A stretch of DNA of 64,000 nt from Alphaproteobacteria bacterium (lineage in GTDB: Bacteria; Pseudomonadota; Alphaproteobacteria; UBA828): positions 2,336,001 to 2,400,000 of the forward strand of contig OZ243972.1 in the NCBI GenBank assembly GCA_965214705.1. Reading direction: 5' to 3'. Positions 48,010-56,596 of the stretch are shown piece after piece. A model generated the notes under the pieces. It worked only from the letters and a program-made list of their open reading frames with translations, searched no databases and was not told the origin of the DNA. Each line of letters opens with the position of its first letter. The stretch's first letter is position 1. Position numbers and translations under genes: made by a program.

Positions 48010-50559
48010 TTACCAGCGCAAGGCGCCGCGCAGCATCAGCCCGTGTCCGGGCCTGTTGTCGTTGGCGGCCTCGTACAGGCTGCCCTCGACGCTCACGCTC
48101 GCCGCTGGCGCAAGCTGCCAGCGCGCACCCATGCGCCACCATTGCGCACCTTCGCCCGCGAGCCCGAGCCCCGCATAGGGCGTCACCACGCCCAGGCCGT
48201 GCGGCGCACCGAGACCGTAGCCGACCTCCGTGTGCAGGCGCGCCTGGTTGTCAGGTGACACTCCAGCAGTGACGCCATTCTCCCACAGCTGGTTTACACC
48301 GCTGCCCGTCTGGCCCCACGCCGGCTGCACCACGAGCGCAAGACCCTGGCCCGACCCGCCCGGTGCAAGGCGCACCAGACCGCTTACCCCCGTCTCCTCG
48401 TAGTCGCCGCTGTGGCTGAGCAGGGTCCGGACACGGCCCTCGACGGTCAGCCCCGACGCCTCGTCGGCATAGCGCAAGGCGCCCCCGGCCTCGATGCTGG
48501 TGCCGGTCTCGCCGTCCCCGCCGTCGTTGCGCACGCCGAGCTCAAGCGAGGGCGTGAATGTCGACCCCGAGGCGAGCTTCTGGACGTGCGCCCCTTCCAG
48601 CAGCAGACGCTGCCGGCTGGCACTCAACGACGTGCTCTCAATGCTCCCGGAGCCATCGACATCAGCCGACGTGAAGGCCACCTCGCCCTTGAGGTTCAGC
48701 GTCGTGGTGCCGCCCGCGATCATCTCGTCGCTGGACATCAGCGGCCCGCTCACGCCTGCCGCCACCATCCGCTGCGTCAGGTCGCTCGACTGCGCTCCCG
48801 CCGAGTCATCATCAAGCTCCACCTCGCCCGAGCCAAGGCCGGCCATGGCCCACAGGTTCATGCCACCCGCCATCTGCCAGCCCACGTAGGGGTTGACGCT
48901 GGTCAGAGAGGTCGTGAGCTCGCCTGACGCGTTGGAGGCCGTGTAATCCACCGTCCCTCGCGCCTGCGACACCGCCAGGCCCGCCAGCATGTCGTCACCC
49001 AGCTTTGTATCGATCCCCAGGTTGGCGCTCACCACGCTGCCGTCGTAGTCGACGGACTGCGGGTTGCCGCCGGCGATGTTGCGGTAGTCCCCGCTGCCCC
49101 AGAGCGTCAAGTCTCCGAAGAGGCCACTGCCCCCGTTACCCGCCGCGTTGAGCGTCATGGTGAAGGACGAGCCCGCCAGCAGCCGGCTGAAATCCAACGT
49201 GCCGTTGCCTAGGGCATGTCCGTTGGCCAGCAGGGCATCGGAGAGGGTGGAGGCACCGCCGAAGCCGAAGCTGAACGCTGCGTCCGGCGCAGTGTCTGAG
49301 GTTGCCCGCTCGATGCGGCCCGAGACGGCATCGACCGTGCTCGCGGTCATGGCACGCATCACCTGGGGCAGCACGGCCTCGATGACCGCGTTGCCGCCCT
49401 CGGCAACCACTTCCGGCGCGCTCCCGTAAAAGCCCGACCCGACGATGAGCCCAATTGGCAATGCGCTTCCGTCTGGTCTCCTGACTTCACCGGTGAACTG
49501 GCGGGCGTAGCCCACCTTGGGAATGTCGGCGCTGTCGCTGTCGTCGGTGGGATCGTCGTAATAGTATTCCACGAAGCCGCCTTCCGGGCCGCTTCTCGCC
49601 GCAGCGAGGACCTGCGGCAGAATGAGCTCTCCGGTACGGCCGTCCCGGGCAATCCCTACCAGAGGTTGAAGCTCGAATTTGCCCGGTTCCGTTGCGTGAA
49701 ACAGGACTACGTTGCTGACGGTATCCAGGACGTAGAGGTACACGGAGCCGTGCCGCCAGGGCCCGTTCGGGTCCCGCAGGGCGATCCTGGCTTGCGACGC
49801 AGCGGCCGGATTGCCGCTCTGCTGGTGTGCGAGAATGAATTCCCCCGCCTGCGTGACGAAGGCCTTCAAGGTTGCTCGGTCTACCACGTCCGCGGCGGTA
49901 ATCTCCGGGTCACCGTAATCGATGTCTTCCTGAGCCAGGTGAGACGAGTTGAGATCGAATCCCGCAAGCAGCACGAGCGGGAGTCGAAAACTTGCCGACA
50001 AATACATGACGGCATAGCCGGAGGCGCCTGGGACATTGGGCACATTGAATGGGCCGCCATTCCCGGCTACTGCCGCTCCAAAGGCGGCCTGGGCCGCAAC
50101 GGGGTCGGCCAGGTCGGCCGGGTTGATTCCCAATGCCTGAAGGATCGCTCCATAAATCAAGGGGTCGAGCAGCCGGCCCGACAATGCCATGTCCTTCGCG
50201 TGAACCAATACCCGGCCGTCGGGCGTCAGTTGCACGAGATAGGTGTCACCGGAACGCCAGGGACTCCCTTCCTGCCTGACGAGACATCCAAGATGCGCCA
50301 CGTCCTCCAAACTCGTTACCGATTGGCCGATCTCCCGATTCAGATCTCTCACGGCCAGCGCGAAGTCCCTCAGGCTGGCGCTGCCGTCCTCCACTTGCGG
50401 CGCCGTCACCCGCGGGTGCGCAGGAGGAGTCCCGCCGGCGGGGAGTGGGCAAGCGTCCTGCGCCGAGGCGGGGAGCCCGTTGGAAAAGACGCCGGCCAGC
50501 GCGAACAGGCCAGCCACAAGAATTAGGGAAATCCTGGGTTTCCATGTCGCGGTATTCAT
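48010..50559 (-). CDS. Autotransporter with Cache-like passenger domains (copy 1, 849 aa)
   Basis: Sec signal MNTATWKPRIS...PASAQ; Cache-like ALRDPNGPWRHGSVYLYVLD...GFVEYYYDDP...KVGYAR; beta-domain LWGSGDY...PYVGW...PSLELGVR...GALRW with terminal Trp. Confidence 0.8.
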   Translation of the reverse strand: MNTATWKPRISLILVAGLFALAGVFSNGLPASAQDACPLPAGGTPPAHPRVTAPQVEDGSASLRDFALAVRDLNREIGQSVTSLEDVAHLGCLVRQEGSPWRSGDTYLVQLTPDGRVLVHAKDMALSGRLLDPLIYGAILQALGINPADLADPVAAQAAFGAAVAGNGGPFNVPNVPGASGYAVMYLSASFRLPLVLLAGFDLNSSHLAQEDIDYGDPEITAADVVDRATLKAFVTQAGEFILAHQQSGNPAAASQARIALRDPNGPWRHGSVYLYVLDTVSNVVLFHATEPGKFELQPLVGIARDGRTGELILPQVLAAARSGPEGGFVEYYYDDPTDDSDSADIPKVGYARQFTGEVRRPDGSALPIGLIVGSGFYGSAPEVVAEGGNAVIEAVLPQVMRAMTASTVDAVSGRIERATSDTAPDAAFSFGFGGASTLSDALLANGHALGNGTLDFSRLLAGSSFTMTLNAAGNGGSGLFGDLTLWGSGDYRNIAGGNPQSVDYDGSVVSANLGIDTKLGDDMLAGLAVSQARGTVDYTASNASGELTTSLTSVNPYVGWQMAGGMNLWAMAGLGSGEVELDDDSAGAQSSDLTQRMVAAGVSGPLMSSDEMIAGGTTTLNLKGEVAFTSADVDGSGSIESTSLSASRQRLLLEGAHVQKLASGSTFTPSLELGVRNDGGDGETGTSIEAGGALRYADEASGLTVEGRVRTLLSHSGDYEETGVSGLVRLAPGGSGQGLALVVQPAWGQTGSGVNQLWENGVTAGVSPDNQARLHTEVGYGLGAPHGLGVVTPYAGLGLAGEGAQWWRMGARWQLAPAASVSVEGSLYEAANDNRPGHGLMLRGALRW

Positions 50560-50686
50560 CGTGATGCGTGTCTCCTCGTGCCGGGAAAGTCGGGCGAGAT
50601 TTGGTCGCAAGTGGCTTTCCAGGTGGTTGAATCTCGCGACGTGTCTCCGCCAAATTCGAGTTGCGAGAGACACGCGTTCGGCTAAA

Positions 50687-52657
50687 CCGAACTTCCCCCA
50701 GAATTTCGCTGATTTTCGGGCATAAGTCTTTGTTTTTGCGGACGTATCGGCCGTTGGTGCGGATGCAAAGTGTACCCATGTAAATGAGGATGGGGCGTTG
50801 ATATTTTGCGGGTCAGGCACTATGATCCGTCCCCATGTATATCGAAAGCGTCCCAAACCGGAACTCACCCCCCGCAATCCTCCTGCGCGAATCATGGCGC
50901 GAAGGCGGAAAAATCAGAAAGCGCACCCTCGCCAACCTCTCCAGGTGGCCCCCGCACCTGGTCGAGGGCCTGCGCATCCTCTTGCGCGGCGGAACCGCTG
51001 TGCCCCGCGGCGAGAAGCGCCGCGAGGACGACGGCTTCGACATCACCCGCTCGCGTCCCTTCGGCCATGTCGCAGCGGTGCTCGGGGCTCTGCGCGGCCT
51101 CGGTCTGGAACGGCTGATCGCGGCCAGGCGCTCGCGGCTGCGCGACCTCGCGGCGGCGATGATCGTCGCCCGCATCGTGGCGCCGCGCTCGAAGCTCGCC
51201 ACCGCACGCGGGCTCAGCGGCGACACCCTGAGCTGCGGCCTCGGCGAGGCCCTCGACCTGGGCGAGGTCGACGAAGACGAACTCTACCAGGCGATGGACT
51301 GGCTGCTTGAGCGCCAGGGCAGGATCGAACGGCGTCTGGCCGAGCGTCACCTCGAGGACGGCGCTCTGGTACTCTACGACGTCACCTCGACATGGCTGGA
51401 GGGGCGCTGCTGCCCGCTGGCGCATCACGGCTACTCCCGCGACGGCAAGCGCGGCAAGCTGCAGATCGTGTTCGGGCTCCTGTGCAACGCGCAGGGCTGC
51501 CCGGTGGCGGTGGAGGTGTTCGAGGGCAACACCGCCGATCCGGCCACCCTGGGCTCCCAGATCGACAAGCTGCGCCGGCGCTTCGGCCTCTCGCGGGTGG
51601 TGCTGGTGGGCGATCGCGGCATGCTCACCGAGGCGCGCATCCGCGAGGAGGTGAAGCCGGCCGGGTTGGAGTGGATCAGCGCGCTGCGGGCGCCGGCGAT
51701 CCGGGAGCTGGCCTCCAGCGGAACGCTGCAGCCCTCGCTCTTCGACGAACGCGACCTGGCCGAGATCCATCATCCCGACTTCCCCGGCGAACGCCTGATC
51801 GCCTGCCGCAACCCGCTGCTCGCCGTCGAGAGGGCGCGCAAGCGCGAGGCCCTGCTCCAGGCCACCGAGGGCGACCTCGACGAGATCCGAGCGGCAACAC
51901 GGCGCGCCAAGCGCCGCCTCGCCGGCAAGGACAAGATCGGCCTGCGCGTGGGCAAGGTCATCGGCAAGCACAAGGTCGCCAAGCACTTCGAGCTGGAGAT
52001 CGCCGATGACGGCTTCACCTGGCAGCGCAACCGGGAGCGGATCGCCGAGGAGGCGGCGCTCGATGGCCTCTACGTCATCCGCACCAGCGTGCCCGAGGGC
52101 GAGCTCGGAGCCGAGGACACGGTGCGCGCCTACAAGGGATTGAGCCGCATCGAGCGCGCCTTCCGCAGCGTCAAGACCGTCGACCTCAAGGTGCGGCCCA
52201 TCCACCACTACCGCCCCGAGCGCGTGCGCGCCCACGTGCTGCTGTGCATGCTCGCCTACCACGTCGAATGGCACATGCGCCAAAGGCTCGCCCCCATCCT
52301 GTTCGACGAGGACGACCCGGCCGCTGCGGACGCCGCGCGCGCTTCCATCGTCTCACCGGCAAAGCCCTCGCCCTCCGCCCGTCGCAAGGCCGCCGGCAAA
52401 CGCACGCCAGACGGGATGCCGGTGCACAGCTTCCGCACGCTCCTCGATGATTTGGCGACCATCGCCAGGAACCGCGTTCAACCGAAACTCGCCGGAGCAC
52501 CGCCCTTCGATCTGGTCACCAAGCCGACGCCGGTACAGCGCCAGGCGCTCGATCTGCTTGGCGTCAGCCTGTAGCGTACCCAGTACGCGACTCCGCGAAA
52601 CGGTGGTTTGGAAAGCCACCGCAACAACTTAGCTCAATATCTGCTGGGGAAGTTCGG
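50687..52657 (+). mobile_element. IS1634-family element (1971 bp)
   Basis: Terminal IR CCGAACTTCCCC / GGGGAAGTTCGG; 6-bp target duplication GCTAAA at 50681-50686 and 52658-52663. Confidence 0.92.
50835..52574 (+). CDS. IS1634-family DDE transposase
   Basis: LRESWREGGKIRKRTLANL, LYDVTSTWLEG, GYSRDGK, VGDRGM, IERAFRSVK...RPIHH. Confidence 0.95.
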   Translation: MYIESVPNRNSPPAILLRESWREGGKIRKRTLANLSRWPPHLVEGLRILLRGGTAVPRGEKRREDDGFDITRSRPFGHVAAVLGALRGLGLERLIAARRSRLRDLAAAMIVARIVAPRSKLATARGLSGDTLSCGLGEALDLGEVDEDELYQAMDWLLERQGRIERRLAERHLEDGALVLYDVTSTWLEGRCCPLAHHGYSRDGKRGKLQIVFGLLCNAQGCPVAVEVFEGNTADPATLGSQIDKLRRRFGLSRVVLVGDRGMLTEARIREEVKPAGLEWISALRAPAIRELASSGTLQPSLFDERDLAEIHHPDFPGERLIACRNPLLAVERARKREALLQATEGDLDEIRAATRRAKRRLAGKDKIGLRVGKVIGKHKVAKHFELEIADDGFTWQRNRERIAEEAALDGLYVIRTSVPEGELGAEDTVRAYKGLSRIERAFRSVKTVDLKVRPIHHYRPERVRAHVLLCMLAYHVEWHMRQRLAPILFDEDDPAAADAARASIVSPAKPSPSARRKAAGKRTPDGMPVHSFRTLLDDLATIARNRVQPKLAGAPPFDLVTKPTPVQRQALDLLGVSL

Positions 52658-52782
52658 GCTAAAGAGGCAGGATGTGCCGCAAAAGTTATATATATGCTAA
52701 TTTGTAATATATATTCCCGAGCAGCGCTAGCGGAAGCTTCAGACCCTCTCTCGGATTTTCTGCGGGCTGGGGCACGAGATTC

Positions 52783-52850
52783 TGGTGAAGTTCCAGATGT
52801 CGCCCCGTCACCCGATGTCCGACCTCAACGGGGCGTATCGGAAGTTTTAG
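52783..52850 (+). repeat. Direct repeat R2
   Basis: 66/68 identical to 46516-46583. Confidence 0.92.
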
Positions 52851-52913
52851 ACCGGGTATACCGCGACGGCCGCAACCCGCGCCCGGTGTGACGCGGGTTA
52901 CGACCCTGCGGCG

Positions 52914-55520
52914 TTACCAGCGCAAGGCGCCGCGCAGCATCAGCCCGTGCCCGTGCCCGTCATCGTTGGCGGCCTCGTACAGACTGCCCTCGACGCTCAC
53001 GCTCGCCGCTGGCGCAAGCTGCCAGCGTGCGCCCATGCGCCACCACTGCGCACCTTCGCCCGCAAGCCCGAGCCCCGCATAGGGCGTCACCACGCCCATG
53101 CCGGGCGCCACGCCGAGACCGTAGCCGACCTCCGTGTTCAGGCGCGCCTGCTTGTCCGGTGACACTCCGGCAGTGACGCCATTCTCCCACAACTGGTTTA
53201 CACCGCTGCCCGTCTGGCCCCACGCCGGCTGCACCACGAGCGCGAGACCCTGGCCAGACCCGCCCGGTGCGATCCGCACCAGACCGCTCACGCCTGTCTC
53301 CTCGTAGTCGCCGCTATGGCTGAGCAGGGTCCGGACCCGGCCCTCGACGGTCAGCCCCGACGCCTCGTCGGCATAGCGCAAGGCGCCCCCGGCCTCGATG
53401 CTGGTGCCGGTCTCGCCGTCCCCGCCGTCGTTGCGCACGCCGAGTTCAAGCGAGGGCGTGAATGTCGACCCCGAGGCCAGCTTCTGGACGTGCGCCCCTT
53501 CCAGCAGCAGACGCTGCCGGCTGGCGCTCAAGGACGTGCTCTCAATGCTCCCGGAGCCATCGACATCGGCCGATGTGAAGGCCACTTCGCCCTTGAGGTT
53601 CAGCGTCGTGGTGCCGCCCGCGATCATCTCGTCGCTGGACATCAGCGGCCCGCTCACACCTGCCGCCACCATCCGCTGCGTCAGGTCGCTCGACTGCGCT
53701 CCCGCCGACCCATCGTCGATCTCAACCTCGCCCGAGCCGTAACCGGCGATGGCCCACAGGTTCATGCCACCCGCCATCTGCCAGCCCACGTAGGGGTTGA
53801 CGCTGGTCAGAGAGGTCGTGAGCTCGCCTGACGCGTTGGAGGCCGTGTAATCCACCGTCCCTCGCGCCTGCGACACCGCCAGGCCCGCCAGCATGTCGTC
53901 ACCCAGCTTTGTATCGATCCCCAGGTTGGCGCTCACCACGCTGCCGTCGTAGTCGACGGACTGCGGGTTGCCGCCGGCGATGCTGCGGTAGTCCCCGCTG
54001 CCCCAAAACGTCAAGTCTCCGAAGAGGCCACTGCCCCCGTTGCCCGCCGCGTTGAGCGTCATGGTGAAGGACGAGCCCGCCAGCAGCCGGCTGAAATCCA
54101 ACGTGCCGTTGCCCAGCGCATGTCCGTTGGCCAGCAGGGCATCGGAGAGGGTGGAGGCACCGCCGAAGCTGAACGCTGCGTCCGGCGCAGTGTCTGAGGT
54201 TGCCCGCTCGATGCGGCCCGAGACGGCATCGACCGTGCTCGCGGTCATGGCCCGCATCACCTGGGGCAGAACCGACTCGATGACCGCGTTGCCGCCCTCG
54301 GCAACCGCCTCGGGAGCAGTCCCGTAGAAGCCCGAGCCTACGATGAAGTCAACGTCTCGGATTACGCTTCCGCCCGGCCCCAATATTTGGCCGGAGAACT
54401 CGCGGGCGTAGCCCACTTTGGGGATGTCGGCTCTGTCGCTGTCGTCAGCGGGATCGTCCCAGAAATACTCCACGAAGTCGCCTTCCGAGCTGCGTCTCGC
54501 CGCAGCGAGGACTTGCGGCAGAACGAGCTCTCCGGTTACGGCATCTCGGACGGTCGGCACCAGTGGCCGATTCTCGAATCTGTTCGGGAACGCTGCGTGA
54601 AACGTGATGATGTTGCTGTTGAGGTCCAAGACGTAGAGATACACGGAACCGTGCCGCCAGGGCCCGTTCGGATCGCGCAAGGCGATCCTGACTTTCGCGG
54701 CAGCGGCTGGATCGCCAGTTCTCAGGATCTCAAGAAAGTAATTTCCCGCTGCCGAGACGAAGGCCTTCAGGGTTTCGCGGTCCACCACGTCCCTGGCGGT
54801 AACGGTCGGATTTTCGTGAACGATTGCTTCATCAATCAAGTGAGATGCGTTGATATCGAATCCCGCAAGCAGCACGATTGGAGACCCCAATTCCGGTGAA
54901 TTATAGACGGCGGCGTAGCCGGAAGCGCCGGGTATGCCTGGACTCACGCCCGGAATAGGGGTGGTCGCATCGAACGGAGCATCCGGTTCTTGCGACAATG
55001 TGGCAACGAAGGCTTGGTAAGCGCGTCCGGCGACAGCAGGATCAGAAGACGCCAAGTTAACCAAATCGGCTTGGGAGACACCCAACGCAGTAAGAATCTG
55101 CCCGTAAATCAGCGGGTTGAGCAGCCGGCCCGACAACGACATGTCCTTTGCGTGAACGAACACACGACCGTCGAGCGTCAGGGTCACAATGTAGGTATTG
55201 CCGGAACGCCAGATCCCATCGTCCTGCCTGATTGCGCATCCGATATAGAGCCCCTCTTCGACGGCCGTGGCCTGTTGGGAATGTTCTCTGGACCGCTCTC
55301 TCACGGCGAGCGCAAAGTCCACCAAAGCAGCGCTGCCGTTTGTTACCTGTTGCGCCGTCACAGTCGGGTCCGCAGGAGCAGTCACGCCGGCAGGGAGTGG
55401 ACAAGGAGGTTCCTGCGTCTGCGCCGAGGCGGGGAGCCCGTTGGATAAGACGCCGGCCAGCGCGAACAGGCCAGCCACGAGAGTTAAGGAAATCCTGGTT
55501 TTCCATGTCTCGGTGCTCAT
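52914..55520 (-). CDS. Autotransporter with Cache-like passenger domains (copy 2, 868 aa)
   Basis: Same architecture as copy 1; C-terminal half nearly identical, passenger divergent. Confidence 0.8.
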   Translation of the reverse strand: MSTETWKTRISLTLVAGLFALAGVLSNGLPASAQTQEPPCPLPAGVTAPADPTVTAQQVTNGSAALVDFALAVRERSREHSQQATAVEEGLYIGCAIRQDDGIWRSGNTYIVTLTLDGRVFVHAKDMSLSGRLLNPLIYGQILTALGVSQADLVNLASSDPAVAGRAYQAFVATLSQEPDAPFDATTPIPGVSPGIPGASGYAAVYNSPELGSPIVLLAGFDINASHLIDEAIVHENPTVTARDVVDRETLKAFVSAAGNYFLEILRTGDPAAAAKVRIALRDPNGPWRHGSVYLYVLDLNSNIITFHAAFPNRFENRPLVPTVRDAVTGELVLPQVLAAARRSSEGDFVEYFWDDPADDSDRADIPKVGYAREFSGQILGPGGSVIRDVDFIVGSGFYGTAPEAVAEGGNAVIESVLPQVMRAMTASTVDAVSGRIERATSDTAPDAAFSFGGASTLSDALLANGHALGNGTLDFSRLLAGSSFTMTLNAAGNGGSGLFGDLTFWGSGDYRSIAGGNPQSVDYDGSVVSANLGIDTKLGDDMLAGLAVSQARGTVDYTASNASGELTTSLTSVNPYVGWQMAGGMNLWAIAGYGSGEVEIDDGSAGAQSSDLTQRMVAAGVSGPLMSSDEMIAGGTTTLNLKGEVAFTSADVDGSGSIESTSLSASRQRLLLEGAHVQKLASGSTFTPSLELGVRNDGGDGETGTSIEAGGALRYADEASGLTVEGRVRTLLSHSGDYEETGVSGLVRIAPGGSGQGLALVVQPAWGQTGSGVNQLWENGVTAGVSPDKQARLNTEVGYGLGVAPGMGVVTPYAGLGLAGEGAQWWRMGARWQLAPAASVSVEGSLYEAANDDGHGHGLMLRGALRW

Positions 55521-55768
55521 TGCGAGGGCTCCTGCTGGGGAAAGGCGGGAAACCTAAAGTCGAAAACGACTCAATGAGGAGCCGAGTCGTACGGCGTGTT
55601 CTTGCCGAAATCAAGTTTTCTAAATCACGATTTCGACAAAAAGGGCGTAGTTTGCATCAATAATAGTATGTAAGCCTGCTGAAACTGCATGTGAAAGTGA
55701 TAACGTGCGCCCCTCGGCAAAACCCGCGCGGGTTTTGGAACCTCACACGGTCCTTCTGCGGGTTTGAA

Positions 55769-55844
55769 CGCGAGCTTCCGGCGGTGCTCCAGATGTCGCC
55801 CCGCCACCCGATTGCCGACCTCAACGGGGCGTAAATGGAGATTT
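55769..55844 (+). repeat. Direct repeat R3 (more decayed)
   Basis: Core 55788-55833 is 43/46 identical to R1; flanks are degenerate. Confidence 0.85.
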
Positions 55845-55850
55845 CCGTCG

Positions 55851-56429
55851 TTACCGAGCCCCGTCCGGATCGGGATTGGCGGTTGCCTCCAGCCAACGGG
55901 GCGCGAAGACCAAGACCGGGATGTCGGGCGGCAACTGCGAGTTGAACAGCGCGTTGTGCCACCAGGTCTCCTCGCGACGCGGGTCGTCGCGCCCGAGCCT
56001 CTGGACGGTGCAGGGCAGCGAGTAGCGCTGGCTGTCCTGGGCGAAGGCCAAGACACAGCGCCCCTCACGCTCCAGGTCGGCGGCAAGCGGTGAAGCGGCC
56101 GCGAACGTCGCCGTCAACAGGTCGCTAAAATCGCGCGCATATTGGTAGTAGCGCTCGGCCAGCAGGGCCAGTGCTGCGTCGCGCCGGTCGCGCGGGTCGT
56201 GGGTGCGCCGCGCCAGGTGGCGGAACTCGGGCGCGAAGGACTCCGCCTCCCGCCGAACCAGCAGCGTGGTCATTGCCGGCGCGAGCTCTTCGCCTGCCGC
56301 GCTCAGCACCTGTGGCCGCATCCCCGGCGACGGCTGACCGGCGCGGCGGCGCATGGCGTCCGCACGTATGCGGCACTGCCAGCCGACGAAGTGATCGCGC
56401 AGGCGCTCGGCCCGCGGCGCGGCACTCAC
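55851..56429 (-). CDS. Hypothetical protein (192 aa)
   Basis: Protein-like sequence (LRDHFVGWQCRIR...THDPRDRR...WWHNALFN), GAGG RBS; no family recognised with confidence. Confidence 0.7.
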   Translation of the reverse strand: MSAAPRAERLRDHFVGWQCRIRADAMRRRAGQPSPGMRPQVLSAAGEELAPAMTTLLVRREAESFAPEFRHLARRTHDPRDRRDAALALLAERYYQYARDFSDLLTATFAAASPLAADLEREGRCVLAFAQDSQRYSLPCTVQRLGRDDPRREETWWHNALFNSQLPPDIPVLVFAPRWLEATANPDPDGAR

Positions 56430-56596
56430 CGCCCCTCAGCCCCGATTCGAAAGGTTTGTCCGCATGGTTTCTTCGCCATGGTAGCCGCGGCCTTGGCCCC
56501 CGGCCACGGGGATCGGCACCGCGCGCGTCGTTGTCGCCGATGGTTGGTAGGCCTAGGATCGATCGCACTTATCCCACAGACACGAACGAGGCCCCC

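Noticed and set aside
50560-50895. N-terminal extension making autotransporter 1 961 aa
   Set aside because: It runs through the IS1634 end; the paralog and signal peptide place the start at 50559.
48010-55520. Diversity-generating retroelement acting on the autotransporters
   Set aside because: No reverse transcriptase in the window, and paralog differences are not adenine-specific.
46516-55844. CRISPR array or classical integron
   Set aside because: Repeats are kilobases apart and derive from a CDS tail; no cas genes, intI or recognisable attC sites.
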